DNA of 64,000 bases from Octopus vulgaris (lineage: Eukaryota): assembly GCA_951406725.2 (NCBI GenBank), contig OX597828.1, positions 26,102,001-26,166,000 on the forward strand, read 5' to 3'. Below are positions 1 through 15,126 of this stretch, piece by piece. Within the stretch, counting starts at the first letter, position 1, and every line of letters starts with the position of its first letter. The notes under the pieces were generated by a model. That model was given only the letters and a program-made list of their open reading frames with translations, was not told the origin of the DNA and ran no database searches. The position numbers and the translations under genes are program-made.

Positions 1-128
1 GTAACTTGCCTAATAATTAATATCGAGATTAGATTTTTAAGTAACGAGATTAAGTCTGTACGCTTGGTGTCTGTGTGGCATAGCATGCAGATGAGTAGGT
101 GTGTATGCGTAAGTAGGTGTGTATGTAC

Positions 129-172
<44 letters not shown>

Positions 173-387
173 ACGCATGTGTGTATATGCTTCTACGTGT
201 ATGTACGCGGGTGTGTAAGAGGTAAGTAATACTGTGTGATTTCATACATGTATATGTTTCAAAGTGTGCATACGAGGAGGGGTGGCTGTAAGACATGAGA
301 GAGTGCGTGTGTTGGCTGTGTGTGTTTATTAGACAAGAAGACATTGGTATTCATGAATCCGTCAGTATTTTTAGGAAGTGAGTATTG

Positions 388-433
<46 letters not shown>

Positions 434-1313
434 GTGTGTGTGTGCGTAGATTGTTGGGCTTTCAAGCATGTATGATTGAAGGAGGGTCATAAGCGGGTGT
501 ATCTGTGTTTAGAATGTTTGTGAGTGTGCGTGTGGAGGAGAGATGGACAGACAGAAATGAGAACGTGCGCATTCGCGAACATGTGTGTCATCAGGATGAC
601 TGCGTGCGTAGAAGAGAATGTGTGATGATGTGAATGTTACTTCAGCAAAATCACACACACACACACACACCAATTCACATATAAGCATTAGAGAGAACGA
701 CAGAACATATACGGACAAACACATCTCGGTAGATATGTACATGCAGATAGATACTGGATCGCAATTATAAATTAAAATTCATATCTCTTTATGTTAGTAC
801 ATATTGGTAACATAATCAAATATTTAAAAAGTAAAGTTGACAAGTTCAGGCCCTCACACGAAGATCAGTACAGAAGCGATGATAGGAAGAGACTGCATTT
901 TATGTTTTAGTTGCAGCTTTTCATGTATGTTAAACTTTCCAACTATTAATACTTTAGCTAAAATTAGTACGATAACTTAGAGACACAAGAGTTCGCTCTT
1001 TTATGTCTACGGTTTCGATGGTGGCTTATTCTCAAAAACTGGAAGACGGAACTGTAAGTGCGTTTCATGTGTTCCATATTCCAAGATGCGTGAAAAAGGT
1101 ATTGCAACCGAGAGATATAGACTGACTCAATCCGAAACAGGTGACAAGGAACCAAGTTCTTCGGTCTCGATTCTGGCACACTCGTGGAACTAGGAAAAAG
1201 ACATTGCATGTGACAGCTATGAATTGTTTCAAAAAGAGAGATGTAAAAACAAAAAAAAAAAAAGTATATGAGATAGTTAGTATTAATACCGAGAGATATT
1301 AACACCGCCTCTA

Positions 1314-1545
1314 CTTAAACGTGGGAAATGCGGTAGATAGCATATGGGCTTTTGGTGCAAAATGCACGCTTGTTTATAACGCTGGCGGGGAGATCACGTG
1401 GTCTCGGCGCTGGAGATGGCGGGAATTTTTCTTGCCGCTAGTGATATAAACATGCGTGCATTTTGCACCAAAAAGCCAATATCAGAGTTTCTCTCATTGT
1501 ATCTACTGCAGTCAGGTTTGTTCCCGTAGAACATCCACGTTTAAG
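1314..1545. mobile_element. Palindromic (foldback/MITE-like) element
   Basis: Nested inverted arms: CTTAAACGTGG 1314-1324 / CCACGTTTAAG 1535-1545; TGCGGTAGATA / TATCTACTGCA; GGCTTTTGGTGCAAAATGCACGC.TGTTTATA at ~1347-1388 / reverse complement at ~1435-1477. Confidence 0.6.
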
Positions 1546-1709
1546 CGGGGATAAAAAGTCTTTGGGAAAGAAAGGTTGTTAGCTTCTGCTAGCGACACAT
1601 CGTACACGATCGACTGATAAATATATATATATATATGCGCATCTTTCATACTTTTGCCTTTTTACTTGTTTCAGTCTCATTAGAGTGCGGCCATGCTGGG
1701 GCATCGCGT

Positions 1710-1836
1710 TCAGTCCCACTGCGGGAAAACTTGGGCAAGTGTTTTCTACTATAGCCTAAGGTCAACCAAAGCCTTATTTTTGGATTTAGTTGACGGAAAC
1801 TGAAAGAAGCTTGTCTTGTGTGTGTATATATGTATG

Positions 1837-1867
<31 letters not shown>

Positions 1868-2016
1868 TTATAAATGTATGTCTTTGTCTCTGTGTTTGTT
1901 CACCCCAATCACCGGTTAACAGCTGGTGTTGACGTGTTTATGTCCCTATAACTCAGCGGTTCAGCAAAAGACCCCGATATAAGTATCAGGTTTTAAAGAC
2001 ATACATTCATAAACAC

Positions 2017-2083
<67 letters not shown>

Positions 2084-2236
2084 CACACACAAGACAAGCT
2101 TCTTTCAGTTTCCGTCAATTAAATCCATAAATAAGGCTTTGGTTGGCTTTAGGCTATAGTAGAAGACATTTGCCCAAGTTGTTCCGCAGTTGGACTGAAC
2201 CTGGGTCCATGTGGTTGGACAGTAAACTTCTTACCA

Positions 2237-2240
<4 letters not shown>
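1710..2240. mobile_element. Two SINE family A copies in inverted orientation (1710-2000 +, 2085-2240 -)
   Basis: Both match the family A body (CAGTCCCACTGCG...TTGGGCAAGTGT...GACGGAAACTGAAAGAAGC) seen intact at 12331-12745. Confidence 0.8.
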
Positions 2241-2324
<84 letters not shown>

Positions 2325-3533
2325 CGTGCGTGTGCGTGTATTTCTTTATCTTGAGTTCTTGACCTCTAGATAAAGGTTTCATGATGTGCAAGAGACAGAA
2401 AATAGGAACATTCCTTTGGAAAAGACGCCGATCTGTTGTAGGGTCCAAGACCGAAATCTTTTGAAGAGAGAACAGAAATCGATGATATCGATCCTAATAC
2501 TTGGCTGGTACGATATCTCAGCGACCCTGAATGTATTAAAGGCAAAGTTGATCTCGGCAGTATTTGAACTCAAAACGTAGAGCCAGAATCTCTGAGTATT
2601 TTATCCGATGCTAATGATTATGCAAAGTTGTCACCTAACGCATTTATGTATTTATTTACGTATTACGTACCTATGTATGTTTATAAATGTGTGTATATGC
2701 GTTATGAAAGGTAGGTGTCAGGTGTCTCAACGAGATAGATAAGTTAATGTGAAGTGAAGTCCTTCAACACGTTGAATGATTTCATTTTAGCCCATCTAAC
2801 CGATGCAAATATGAAGGAAACAATGGATGAAACACAAGAAGTGAAAAAAATGAATAAAGTTAGTAGACATACGAAAAGGAACTTAAAAATTCGGATCTTT
2901 TGCTTACTGCACGTGCGTCTTTAAGGAATTTTCCTTGAATAACAATTCTCTATATGAGAATAGTAATTTCCTTGAACTATTGCAATATCTAAAAGACATG
3001 TTTATTTTTTTTTAGAAAATGAGCAATTATGAGAAATTATGCAAAATATTGTGATTTCAATAAATAAAAACAAAATGAAGATATTGTATTACGTAATTTC
3101 TGTAATTCTTCTCTAATATTTCGGGTAAGATTCCCTTTATCAAATACAAGAAAGAAAATTATGAAAGATTTTAGAACGGGGTTTTCATAATTTGCCTAAC
3201 TTTTCACCTTAAATGCTTTTGAAAGGTATGTGTGTGTGTTTGTGTAGCTATACAGATATATATATATATATATATATGTAGATAATGTGGTTATATATAT
3301 ATATAATATAAAGTTGTGTGTGTTTGTGTCTGTACAGATAAGTAATACGCATTTTCCTCATTGAACGTATATCAGCTCACCTGAAAACGAAATATTTCTC
3401 ACTGGAAGACCTCAATTAATTATTTGAAATCAATTAAAAATTAATTAGAACAATCACAACAATGTCTGTTTGAAGGAAATAAAATGGAATGAAAGCATCT
3501 TGAATATATCATAGATAGAAAATAAATACACGT

Positions 3534-3600
<67 letters not shown>

Positions 3601-3724
3601 AACAGAGAGGCAACTAGGTAGGTATTTATCGACAAACGCACATATATATACACACAAACACACACAAAAATATATATATATACACATATACATACATCAT
3701 ATATATATATATATATATATATAC

Positions 3725-3775
<51 letters not shown>

Positions 3776-4216
3776 GATATATATGGAGTGTATCACCGAT
3801 TTACATTTCGGTTATGAGAGAGAGAGAGAGAGAGGGGGGGCACGGGGTAAATCTATGTGTGAATCCCACTTGTATGTGGTCATTACACTGAGGAGAAAAA
3901 CCTGAGCCTATTAATGCAGTAATCCAACCAAAACATCCATAAAATACAAACACAACAGACAGATGTTCTGAGTTAGCGAACAAAAGGTATTTATAACGGC
4001 AGAAACTATCTATTTTGCTGATTTAAAATATAACATCAAAAAAGTGGACGTACAGTAGATAGATGGCGAATATGGACAATCAATGTATGCTTTACAGCTC
4101 TTTAACCCACATAGCTATACCTATAATCATTGCTGAAGCAGTTGCTTTTCCTAATGACATGTCTACATGTTTGAAAAGTTCAGGTTCTTCGTTTTTTTGT
4201 TGTTTTTTTTTCTTTT

Positions 4217-4399
<183 letters not shown>

Positions 4400-4849
4400 T
4401 GTTTCGTTTATATTATTGTTGTTGGTAGCGACATTGTTGGTAGTGACATCGGTGGCGGTTGTGGTGATGGTGGTGGTGGTGGTGGTGGCGGTGGTGGTGG
4501 TGGTGGTGGTGATGGTGGTGGTTGTGGTGTCGTCGGTGGTGTTGTGTGGGATGGTGTTGGTCGTGATAAGAAGAACTAAAGATGATTTACAAAAATTTGG
4601 TATAATAGTAGAATTGTGAAAAATCTGTGAAACCATTCATGAATTTCAGCACATCTGATCAAAAGAATTTCTTGTGAGCTCAAACGTTTCTTTTATATAC
4701 ATAGATGCGTGTGTATGTGTGTATATGTGTATGTGTGCTTATTATATATGTTATATGTATGTATATCTGTATAGTACATCTATATCTATTTATCTATCAA
4801 TAAATATATATATATATATATAAAACACACACACTCACACACACACGCG

Positions 4850-4909
<60 letters not shown>

Positions 4910-5724
4910 GAATTCTATATATATGTTTTTTTAGAGCGTAAAGAAGTTACAGAAGTGGTGCTTATCGCCTGAAAATATCTTTGAATAACTCGTTATAATA
5001 ATATTCGTATAGTTTTCACCATACATACAGACACATACGAATGGTACATAAACGATTTATCCAACCACTTGGCAATACATGCATATATATCATATGCTAA
5101 TGTACATACATTTATGTATTCACCCGTACACAATGTGATATGTGTGTGTGAGTGCATGTGTGTACGTGTATCTTTCTACTTAATTCGTTCTCTCTCCTTT
5201 TCTCTTTATGTACACATATCCATACATAAACATAGACCATTAGTATAGAATATCCTTTTACGCTCTGCTGTCATTCTTTTCTCTATTTTTTTTTTCATTT
5301 TGTTTCTTTTTTTTTTTTTTTTTTTTCAAGTTACACATCTTCACAATTATTTGTACTAAACTATAGTATTAAAATACACCATAATTCTGTTTTTAATATA
5401 AATAGTAAAAAATAATAACAATAACATGGAAAATAGTGCTGAACACCATTTTCATTGCTTGAAGTGTGTGAAAATAAAAATATGTCTCTGGATAGAGCGT
5501 TAGTCTCTCGCAGTTAACTTTCTCGGATGAACTGCAGCTAATTTAGGTGAAGTAAAGTATTTTAGGAATGAGGTTAAAATGTCCTTCTTCCAAACTACAA
5601 TGGAAGAACCGGAAGAAAAATGAACCCATGAATAAATAAAGGAGCATCTCCTCATTTGGTCAACTCGTTTGCACGTTATTCTTAAGGGCATAGCTCAAAA
5701 ATGCATCATTGCTTATGACCCTTA

Positions 5725-5760
<36 letters not shown>

Positions 5761-6071
5761 TGGTATGGGGTACCTATTTAACCACTAGCCAGTTTTGAAG
5801 GGGGTCACGAAATGTAACCCTTAGTTCTAGGATACTGAGATATAATTGGAGGGCCATTTGACTGCTATTTCTGGCTGGCTGAATGAATGCATAATCTTCC
5901 TTATTACTTTGTTTATTGGCATCTGTTTATCGTTGTTCCTATTGGTGTTCTCATCTAACCCAGGGCAGCCCTTGGCGAGGTCCTTGATTAAAGATGCTCC
6001 TTCATTGTTTCAACACCCATTACTCCATCATTTATCACATCCCTTGTGTTATGTACGTGCGCCCATGTGTG

Positions 6072-6159
<88 letters not shown>

Positions 6160-6195
6160 TGTGTGTGTTTGTGTGTGTGTGCATGTGAATTTACC

Positions 6196-6429
6196 CATTT
6201 CTTTATTACCCACAAGGGGCTAAACATAGAAGGGACAAACAAGGACAGACATAGGTATTAAGTCGATTACATCGACCCCTATGCGTAACTGGTACTTAAT
6301 TTATCGACCCCGAAAGGATGAAAGGTAAAGTCGACTTCGGCGGAATTTGAACTCACAACGTAACGGCAGACGAAATACCGCTAAGCATTTCGCCCGACGT
6401 GCTAACGTTTCTGCCAGCTCGCCGCCTTT
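6196..6429 (-). mobile_element. SINE family C (tRNA-like head plus Meta-domain-like core), full length
   Basis: Reverse complement of the 58220-58454 copy. Core GCCTTTCATCCTTTCGGGGTCGATAAATTAAGTACCAG. TSD TGAATTTACC at 6186-6195 and 6430-6439. Confidence 0.88.
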
Positions 6430-6464
6430 TGAATTTACCGCTGAACACTTTGTATCTGTGGTTA

Positions 6465-6895
6465 CGTCGTCGTCATCATCATCACTTGGTGTCATCAGCT
6501 CTATTTGGGTTTGTTTTTTTCTCTGCCATTTTTACACGTTCACCACATATGAGAGTTTAGTCCAGTCCTTGATGTTCAAACCAGTTTATTCCAAGTCTTC
6601 TTCTCAACTCTTTGCCATTTATTTTTCCTTCTAGTCTTTGTACACTTCGTGTTCTTATTATATCACTAAAGTACTTTAGTTTCTTCTTTTTTTTAAGCAA
6701 AAAAAAAAATGTCTGAGAGTAATGATCCTTTATATTTGCTAGTTGTAGCACCCCTTCATTAGTTTTTTTGTGTTGTCCAAGATATTCTAACATTCTTCTA
6801 TACAACCACATTTCAAGACCTTCTATTTTGTTAGAGTTTTCATAAATGTCCACGTTTTTACACCGTACAACAGCGTGGACCATATTCAACATTTA
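6465..6895 (-). mobile_element. RTE-clade LINE, decayed 3' fragment
   Basis: Translation LEMWLYRRML...KTNEGVL...KLKYF..IIR...LEGKINGK matches the RTE ORF C-terminus. Ends in a (TGA)n-like tail. Confidence 0.75.
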
Positions 6896-8402
6896 CACAG
6901 CCTCTTCCCTGTATCTCGATGTATATTCCTCGATGTTTAAATAGAGCGTAGAACAATCCCTTAACGACTGTAAAAGTTATTGAAACACTGGTTAGTTTCC
7001 TGGCGCTGCATACAACGCTCAATTATCCCTGATCGACTAAAACTATTATGATTATTTTTGTAATTGGACCGTTTGAGAATTAAACTCTTTGGCCACGAAT
7101 ATAACGCAGTATCAATGACAGGAATGCAATGCCAACTCCTAGTCTTATTATCCAGAACAATACTGATTCTGTTATCGAAATTCTCTACATGATAGACGAG
7201 GCGAAATTAAGTGTCTTTATACAAATGAAATGACATTTATTTATGCCACTCGGGCAATAATTGCAGGAAATTACTTTTCAGTTATCGCGATCAGAGGACG
7301 AGAATTCAGATATATCTATGTGAATGTGTGATGAGCTCTCATTGGGTTTTTGAACTTTAATCATCACAGAAGTATATCCTAATGTGTTACCAGCTCTTAC
7401 TGAGCTTTTGACTTTTCCTGATCCGAGAATAATAAATATGTAGCAATGTGTGATGAGCTCTCATTGGGCTTTTTTCCCCTCAAAAAACTTGCTTGATACT
7501 TTTTCTCTTGGTGAGTTGATCTGAGACATTGTAGAATAAATATTTCTCTCCATTAAAACAAAGTATATTACAGTTTGATCCAACTCAGGAGCTACGGGCA
7601 AATATTTGGCTGTCATATTCATTCAGCTATTGTTATATTATGACTTTTAAGTCGTAGATACAGAATTAAAAATCAAATGAATTATTGCCAGTGACAGGAA
7701 ACAAACCATTGATTTCTTGTTTCAGCCACTGGACATAGAAATTGGCGAAATAGCATTCTAGGCACCTAGAGACCCGAAACAAATACCAAAAAACTATCCG
7801 GTCCAACATTCTTGCAATTCTTACGATTCCGCAAATCTACGAGTTCGAAATAATATATTTTGTTTTACTGACTAAAGGAAATGTTTATAGACTAAGTGTA
7901 CGGATAATATCTGTTAACAGAAATAATTTTTTTACAGTACATATTTCAGACGCTAATGTATTTATGCACGGCTGACTTTAGTTTCATTTGAACGTGGATC
8001 ATTAAATTTATATATAACCTCTCACGACAGCTGTTCCGTTGTCACAAAAGATTTAAGTAATATCACAAAGTATCAGATGTAGTTATGAAAGTTATGCACA
8101 CTTGCATCAATACACGCTCTGCACACATTCATACAATACTACACACACACACACACACACACACACATATTACCTGTACATACTTCTGCAAAAATAAATA
8201 TTTTCGTATTTACATAATATGCACTCATGTTGACGTATTAATGTTATTTCCCAAATATACATGTCTGTGTGTGTGTGTGGAGGGAGTATATGTGTGTACA
8301 CATAGATGCACTTGCATAGATACATTCATACCGTACAGTATCTACACATGGAGATATATGTGTGTGTCTCTCTACGTGCGTATAGATATATAACTATGAG
8401 AC

Positions 8403-9030
<628 letters not shown>

Positions 9031-9621
9031 TTGTAGGTGATTCGCATCTGATATAGTGTCTGCGATTTTGCAATGATTCTTCGTTATGCCATTTTATGGC
9101 GTTTACACAAGACCGGAGGCTTCTGCGTGTTGTCGGTTGTTTACCAAGCTCCCGTTTCAAGACGAAAAACAGTGCAGGACGGAGTAGGAAAGGAAATCTG
9201 TTAACAGAGACGAGTTGTAAAGACGATTCAAGGACATCTCGGCCAGACTAGGCTGAAGGCACTTCGGAAGACCGTCAAGTTGATACACACTCGCACTCGC
9301 ACTCGCTCGCTCGCACGCACGTACACACACTCACACACACACTCACACACACACGCGCGCACACACATGCACACATGCGTACACACATATATAATACCAT
9401 AGATAGATGCCTGCATATACATACATACATAGACTCACATGCACACATATAGATATTGAGATATATATCTGTTCATATATACGTGCATTTGTATATACAT
9501 CACACATACACACACATGCGCACACACACATATAGATATACAGACATACACATATACATACGCACACATAAAATGCCAACGTACGTGTATGTGTAAATAT
9601 CTATTTGAGCACATATGTGCG

Positions 9622-9655
<34 letters not shown>

Positions 9656-9806
9656 CGTATATATCATATATGTGTTTGTGTATGTATGTACGTATATATA
9701 TATATATAAATATGTGTGTGTATATACAGTGAAATAGAGGGAGATAATACATACATATATATACATACGCACACACATATATATATATGAACACACAATT
9801 ACCAAC

Positions 9807-10145
9807 ATATATGCATGCATACATACATACATACATACATACATACATGCATGCATACATACATAATACATACATACATACATACATACATACATACATA
9901 CATACAAAATACATACATACATACATACATGCATGCATACATAAATACATGCATACATACATACATACATGCATGCATACATACATAATACATACATACA
10001 TACATGCATACATACATACATACATACATGCATGCATACATACATAATACATACATACATATATACATACATAATACATACATACATACATACATACATA
10101 CATACATACATACATACATACATACATACATACATACATACATAC
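9807..10145. repeat. (ATAC)n/(ATGC)n microsatellite
   Basis: Direct reading. Confidence 0.95.
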
Positions 10146-10530
10146 AGACGTAGGTAGGTAAGTAAGTAATATGATTCGTGTCGTATGCGAGGGTGGCGGT
10201 GTAATGTTTGGTTTTGCAACCACCGAACGCCACGTATCACACATAGACCGGCAAATCTGGTTGGGTGAGACAGAGAGAGGCTGGGATGAAGACTTAGGTC
10301 AAGTTGCGTGGATCGTTTCATAGTTTGGAAATTGGCCAGATATCCCTGAAGACACGTCTCGACATTGACACAGCGTTAGGAAACCTTGTGATAGGTGAGA
10401 TGTGTCCACGAATCTATTTGTATAATCAGATATATACAAACCTAACAACATACGTGCATATATAAACATACGTATAATCTTGAGTACACACAGACATGTG
10501 CATATAGATGCAGACACATCTATGTATGTT

Positions 10531-10569
<39 letters not shown>

Positions 10570-10813
10570 ATTAATTTGCTATTTTGCATTACATGTATGT
10601 TTTTATCTTTCTTACTTATGGGAATGTAAATCGTTACACACGCACACATACATACGTAGGTAAGTACAAACTCATACATACACATACATATTTGTATACA
10701 TATATAAACACACATGTTATGTATATAATATATCTACATACATATATATGTGTGTGTATATATATGAACATATATATATATGTATGTATATATGTGTGTG
10801 TGTATGTGTGTGT

Positions 10814-10857
<44 letters not shown>

Positions 10858-10937
10858 TACATTACATAATACGTACGCGTATTAACACGCATTTGAAAAT
10901 ATATACATCCTAACGAGGGAACATTTCCCTCTACCTG

Positions 10938-11250
10938 CTGGAAATAGAAACCAAATGTCCTTCAAATAACATCTAAGTATCTTAAATAAAGAAGGTTACG
11001 TTTGAGCGCTGCTAATATTATTATGACACCCGATATGATCTCGCGGTTCTAAGAAGAGAAACCAACGAAAACAACTGGATGTCATTGGTCAATGTTCTAG
11101 AAATAGCAGCCAGATACCTCACAAAAGACACCCATACGTCCTAAAACATGAAGGAACAATGACAGGACGTAGTTTAAGATATGGTAGAGGATACAGGGGA
11201 AAGGAAGCAGATGGGATGGTCACATTTGAAGTATAGTTGATCACAAACTG
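10938..11250 (+). repeat. Old, diverged dispersed repeat (CTAGAAATAGCAGCCAAAT... family)
   Basis: Similar motif at 10938, 11097, 16931 and 51075, and reversed near 22640-22680. Heavily diverged. Confidence 0.45.
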
Positions 11251-11695
11251 CTCTGCGTCTAATAGGTCCGCATTATAGAAGAACGTGTGGAAAGTTAAGG
11301 AGCCATCAGTCTACTAACGTTGTTACAAATAATAAAATATTAAAAGCAAATCAAAATGGCGCAGTCTCTTAGCACAAGCTTAAGAAAAGTTGTTTACAGC
11401 GCGTCAGAGAAATCATATCATCTCATTGTACATCTTTCTCCTGCATATAAAATCCGTATTTGATTTGTTTCTTATTTAATGAGTGTTTCTTACGTTTAAG
11501 AAACATCTTTTATTTATCTAAATGAAAATTCTGCGAGAAAGAAGAAAGGAATATTAAATGCTCATCCACTTGTCAACTATGTGCAATGATTCGACAGCGG
11601 TGATACATCACATTGGTGGCCGATCGAGATAACAGAAAATATCGCAGCCAAAAATACGAGTTTCACACTCTCGATGACAATTTTCTCTACACCAA

Positions 11696-12080
11696 TGGAA
11701 GCACTCCGTCGGTTACGACGACGAGGGTTCCGGTTGATCCGAATCAACGGAACAGCCTGCTCGTGAAATTAACGTGTCAGTGGCTGAGCACTCCACAGAC
11801 ACGTGTACCCTTAACGTAGTTCTCGGGGATATTCAGCGTGACACAGAGAGTGACAAGGCCGGCCCTTTGAAATACAGGTACAACAGAAACAGGAAGTAAG
11901 AGTGAGAGAAAGTTGTGGTGAAAGAGTACAGCAGGGATCACCACCATCCTCTGCCGGAGCCGCGTGGAGCTTTAGGTGTTTTCGCTCAATAAACACTCAC
12001 AACGCCCGGTCTGGGAATCGAAACCGCGATCCTATGACCGCGAGTCCGCTGCCCTAACCACTGGGCCATTGCACCTCCAC
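11696..12080 (-). mobile_element. SINE family B1 (tRNA-derived), full length
   Basis: Pol III A-box-like TGGCCCAGTGG and B-box-like GGTTTCGATTCC. 12-bp TSD TCTCTACACCAA at 11684-11695 and 12081-12092. Confidence 0.92.
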
Positions 12081-12330
12081 TCTCTACACCAACATATAAA
12101 CAAACCATACAGACGATCTGAAAGAAGTTAAAATTGAAATACGGTACGCTTATAATGTAAGTTATGTATTTATGGTCTCATTCTTTATTCCAGTCTGCTG
12201 TCCAAACATTGTATTAACATGCAAAAAAATTATACATTTACTCCTATAAAACCACTTTAAAATACCTTTTAGCAAGTATTTAATGAAACAATACTTTTTT
12301 TTTCACAAAATATATTTTTCACAAAATATA

Positions 12331-12745
12331 GGCGCAGGAGTGGCTGTGTGGTAAGTAGCTTGCTAACCAACCACATGGTTCCGGGTTCAGTCCCACTGCG
12401 TGGCATCTTGGGCAAGTGTCTTCTGCTATAGCCCCGGGCCGACCAATGCCTTGTGAGTGGATTTGGTAGACGGAAACTGAAAGAAGCCTGTCGTATATAT
12501 GTATATATATATATATATGTGTGTATATGTGTGTGTTTGTGTGTCTGTGTTTGTCCCCCTAGCATTGCTTGACAACTGATGCTGGTGTGTTTATGTCCCT
12601 GTCACTTAGCGGTTCGGCAGTAGAGACCGATAGAATAAGTACTGGGCTTACAAAGAATAAGTCCCGGGGTCGATTTGCTCGACTAAAGGCGGTGCTCCAG
12701 CATGGCCGCAGTCAAATGACTGAAACAAGTAAAAGAGAAAAAGAG
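12331..12745 (+). mobile_element. SINE family A (tRNA head, CORE-like segment, internal TA/TG microsatellite), full length
   Basis: A box TGGCTGTGTGG, B-box-like GGTTCAGTCCC, CORE-like CTTGGGCAAGTGTCTT and an AAAAGAG tail. Near-identical copies occur elsewhere in the window. Confidence 0.92.
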
Positions 12746-13189
12746 AAATAGTAAAGAGTGTAAAATAGGGGTGCGTCTTATACGCCGGGTTCTACAGTAA
12801 TTCTGGACACACTGCACTCTAAAGAAATGAATTAATGAACGACTGGATGTTCAGAGTTGGAACGCCTTTTATCCTAGTCGTGATAATTATTAGTGACCTG
12901 ATTTGATTAAATGATTCTCATTTATAAAAAACATGATTGGTAAATTGAGCATCCAAAGTGATGACTAATGAACGGGCCAATTGATTAGCGGCTATTTCAG
13001 TGTTTTGTTTGTTTGTTTGTTTTTTCTTCGTTAGCCTTTAAGACTGAAAGGGCCAGTTAGCTGGTTTCCATGGTGATTAAGTGAGTGGGATCATTAAAAT
13101 TTTCCCCTGAACGGGACGCTGGTCCGTTGCACGACTCAAGGCCAGCACTTTTGAGGGGAGGGGGACAATTTGATTACGTCGACCTCAGA

Positions 13190-13913
13190 AAGGAAGGAAG
13201 GGTGGGAGGAAGGAAGGAAGGAAGGAAGGAAGGAAGGAAGGAAGGAAGGAAGGAAGAAAAGAAGGAAGGAAGGAAGGAAGGAAGGAAGGAAGGAAGGAAG
13301 GAAGGATGGATGGATGGAAGGAAGGAAGGGAGGAAGGAAGGAAGGAAGGAAGGAAGGAGGGAAGGAAGGAAGGAAGGGTGAAAAGAAGGATGAAAGGAAG
13401 GAAGGAAGGAAGGAAGGAAGGGAAGAAGGATGGAAGGAAGGAAGGAAGGAAGGAAGGAAGGGAGGAAGGATGGAATGATGGAAGGAAGGAAGGAAGGAAG
13501 GAAGGAAGGAAGGAAGGAAGGAAGGAAGGAAGGAAGGAAGGAAGGAATGGAGGAAAGAAGGATGGAAGGATGGAAGGAAGGGAAGAAGGGAGGAAAGAAG
13601 AAAGGAAGGAAGGAAGGGAGGAAGGAAGGAAGGAAAGAAGAAAAGAAGGAAGTTAGGAAAGAAAGGTAAGAAGGAAGGAAGGAAGGGAAGAAGGGAGGAA
13701 GGAAGGAAGGAAGGAAGGAAGGAAGAAAAGAAGGAAGGTAGGAAAGAAAGGAAAGAAGGAAGGAAGGAAGGATGGAAGGAAGGAGGGAAGGAAGGAAGGA
13801 TGGAAGGAAGGGAGAAAGGAAGGGAGGGAGGAAGGAAGGGAGGGAGGGAGAAAGGAAGGAAGGAAAGAAGGAATGAAGGAAGAAAGAAAAGAAGGAGGGA
13901 AGGAAGAAAAGAA

Positions 13914-13959
<46 letters not shown>

Positions 13960-13975
13960 AAAGAAGGAAGAAGGT
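13190..13975. repeat. About 790-bp (GGAA)n/(GAAA)n polypurine tract
   Basis: Direct reading. Confidence 0.95.
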
Positions 13976-15126
13976 ATAATGTCGAACTAAACATCAAAGT
14001 TTGCTTTCTCCATCCTTTCATTCATAAGAAATCGATGAAGACGATTATGAGTCAGCGTTTTAGTTTTGGATCTCACCTGTACATTTTGGTTTCATTCATA
14101 AAGTTTATTTACAGGCACTTAACTGCGTGTTCTTCGTACAGAAGACGTCCTTGTGATATTTTCTGTTTTGAGTAAAAACAAGTTTGATTTTATGGTGTTT
14201 ACTTTATTAATACAATGTTTTTTAAACATTAATTTGAAAGATTAATATTGAACTCAACACTTGAAAAAAGAAGAGATGTTTAGTTTTCTCCTTTAGATGA
14301 AGACGATGATGGTTATGGTGTTAAACTGCAGCTCACTCATAGTTCAGTAGAGCAATGAGCTGTGACCTTTCAGTTATAACAACACTCGGAGTGAGACGAC
14401 TGGGCGCTGCTGTTCGGTGGCTGCCGTTTTGGTACGGCTGAATGAGTATTCAACCTGTTTTGGCGAGAGTCCCTTTTGGCACAGGAGACAAACATAAATG
14501 TGCGCACGCGTGGACAGAAATATACAAATACAAAGAGAGAGAGAGAGTAAGAAAGAGAGGGGAGGGGAGAGGAGCATTACACGTACAAGTAATCAAGACT
14601 AGATGCTCCCACGTAAACAGAGACAGTGATGCCAAATAATTGGCACCGAAACAGCAATGCCAAGACGTCTCATATCCAACTATACTAACATTTTGTATAT
14701 TGTCCAGCGATTCGGTTATTTTAAAACGGCAAGGAGTGATTTCATGGCGCTATTTCTAGCATATGGAAGTATGATGTGTAAGTATCCTGTTTGGTGCAGG
14801 TAAAAAGTTCAATATAATGTAAATTAAAACTAGAAATAGTCACAGAAGGTAAATGCAGATTATTTTTGATTCGTTGATCGATGTGTTCATTTGCACTGCC
14901 GATAATTTTCAACCAGATGATTGATTTGCCACTGATGTTGTCAAATTTAAGTTCCAGACATGTTAGAGTAGCTTTGTTGAGTTTTGGAAACTTGCAAACT
15001 CCAACTGACTGTTCAGGAATTGAACCCGAGCCACTGTGTTCAAACTTTAAAGTAATTAAACTCCAAAGCAAAACTTTGCTGAGGATTGATGACGTCGGCC
15101 TTCAACAAGTTATTCAGGTCTCTTGT

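Noticed and set aside
10346-10412. CTGAAGA...GAAA with flanking hairpin
   Set aside because: The cleavage position would be G, and stems I and II do not fit the hammerhead topology.
14742-15071. ORF with IIGSANEHIDQRIK resembling a GIY-YIG endonuclease
   Set aside because: The key tyrosines and the surrounding motif are missing, so it is too weak without a profile search.
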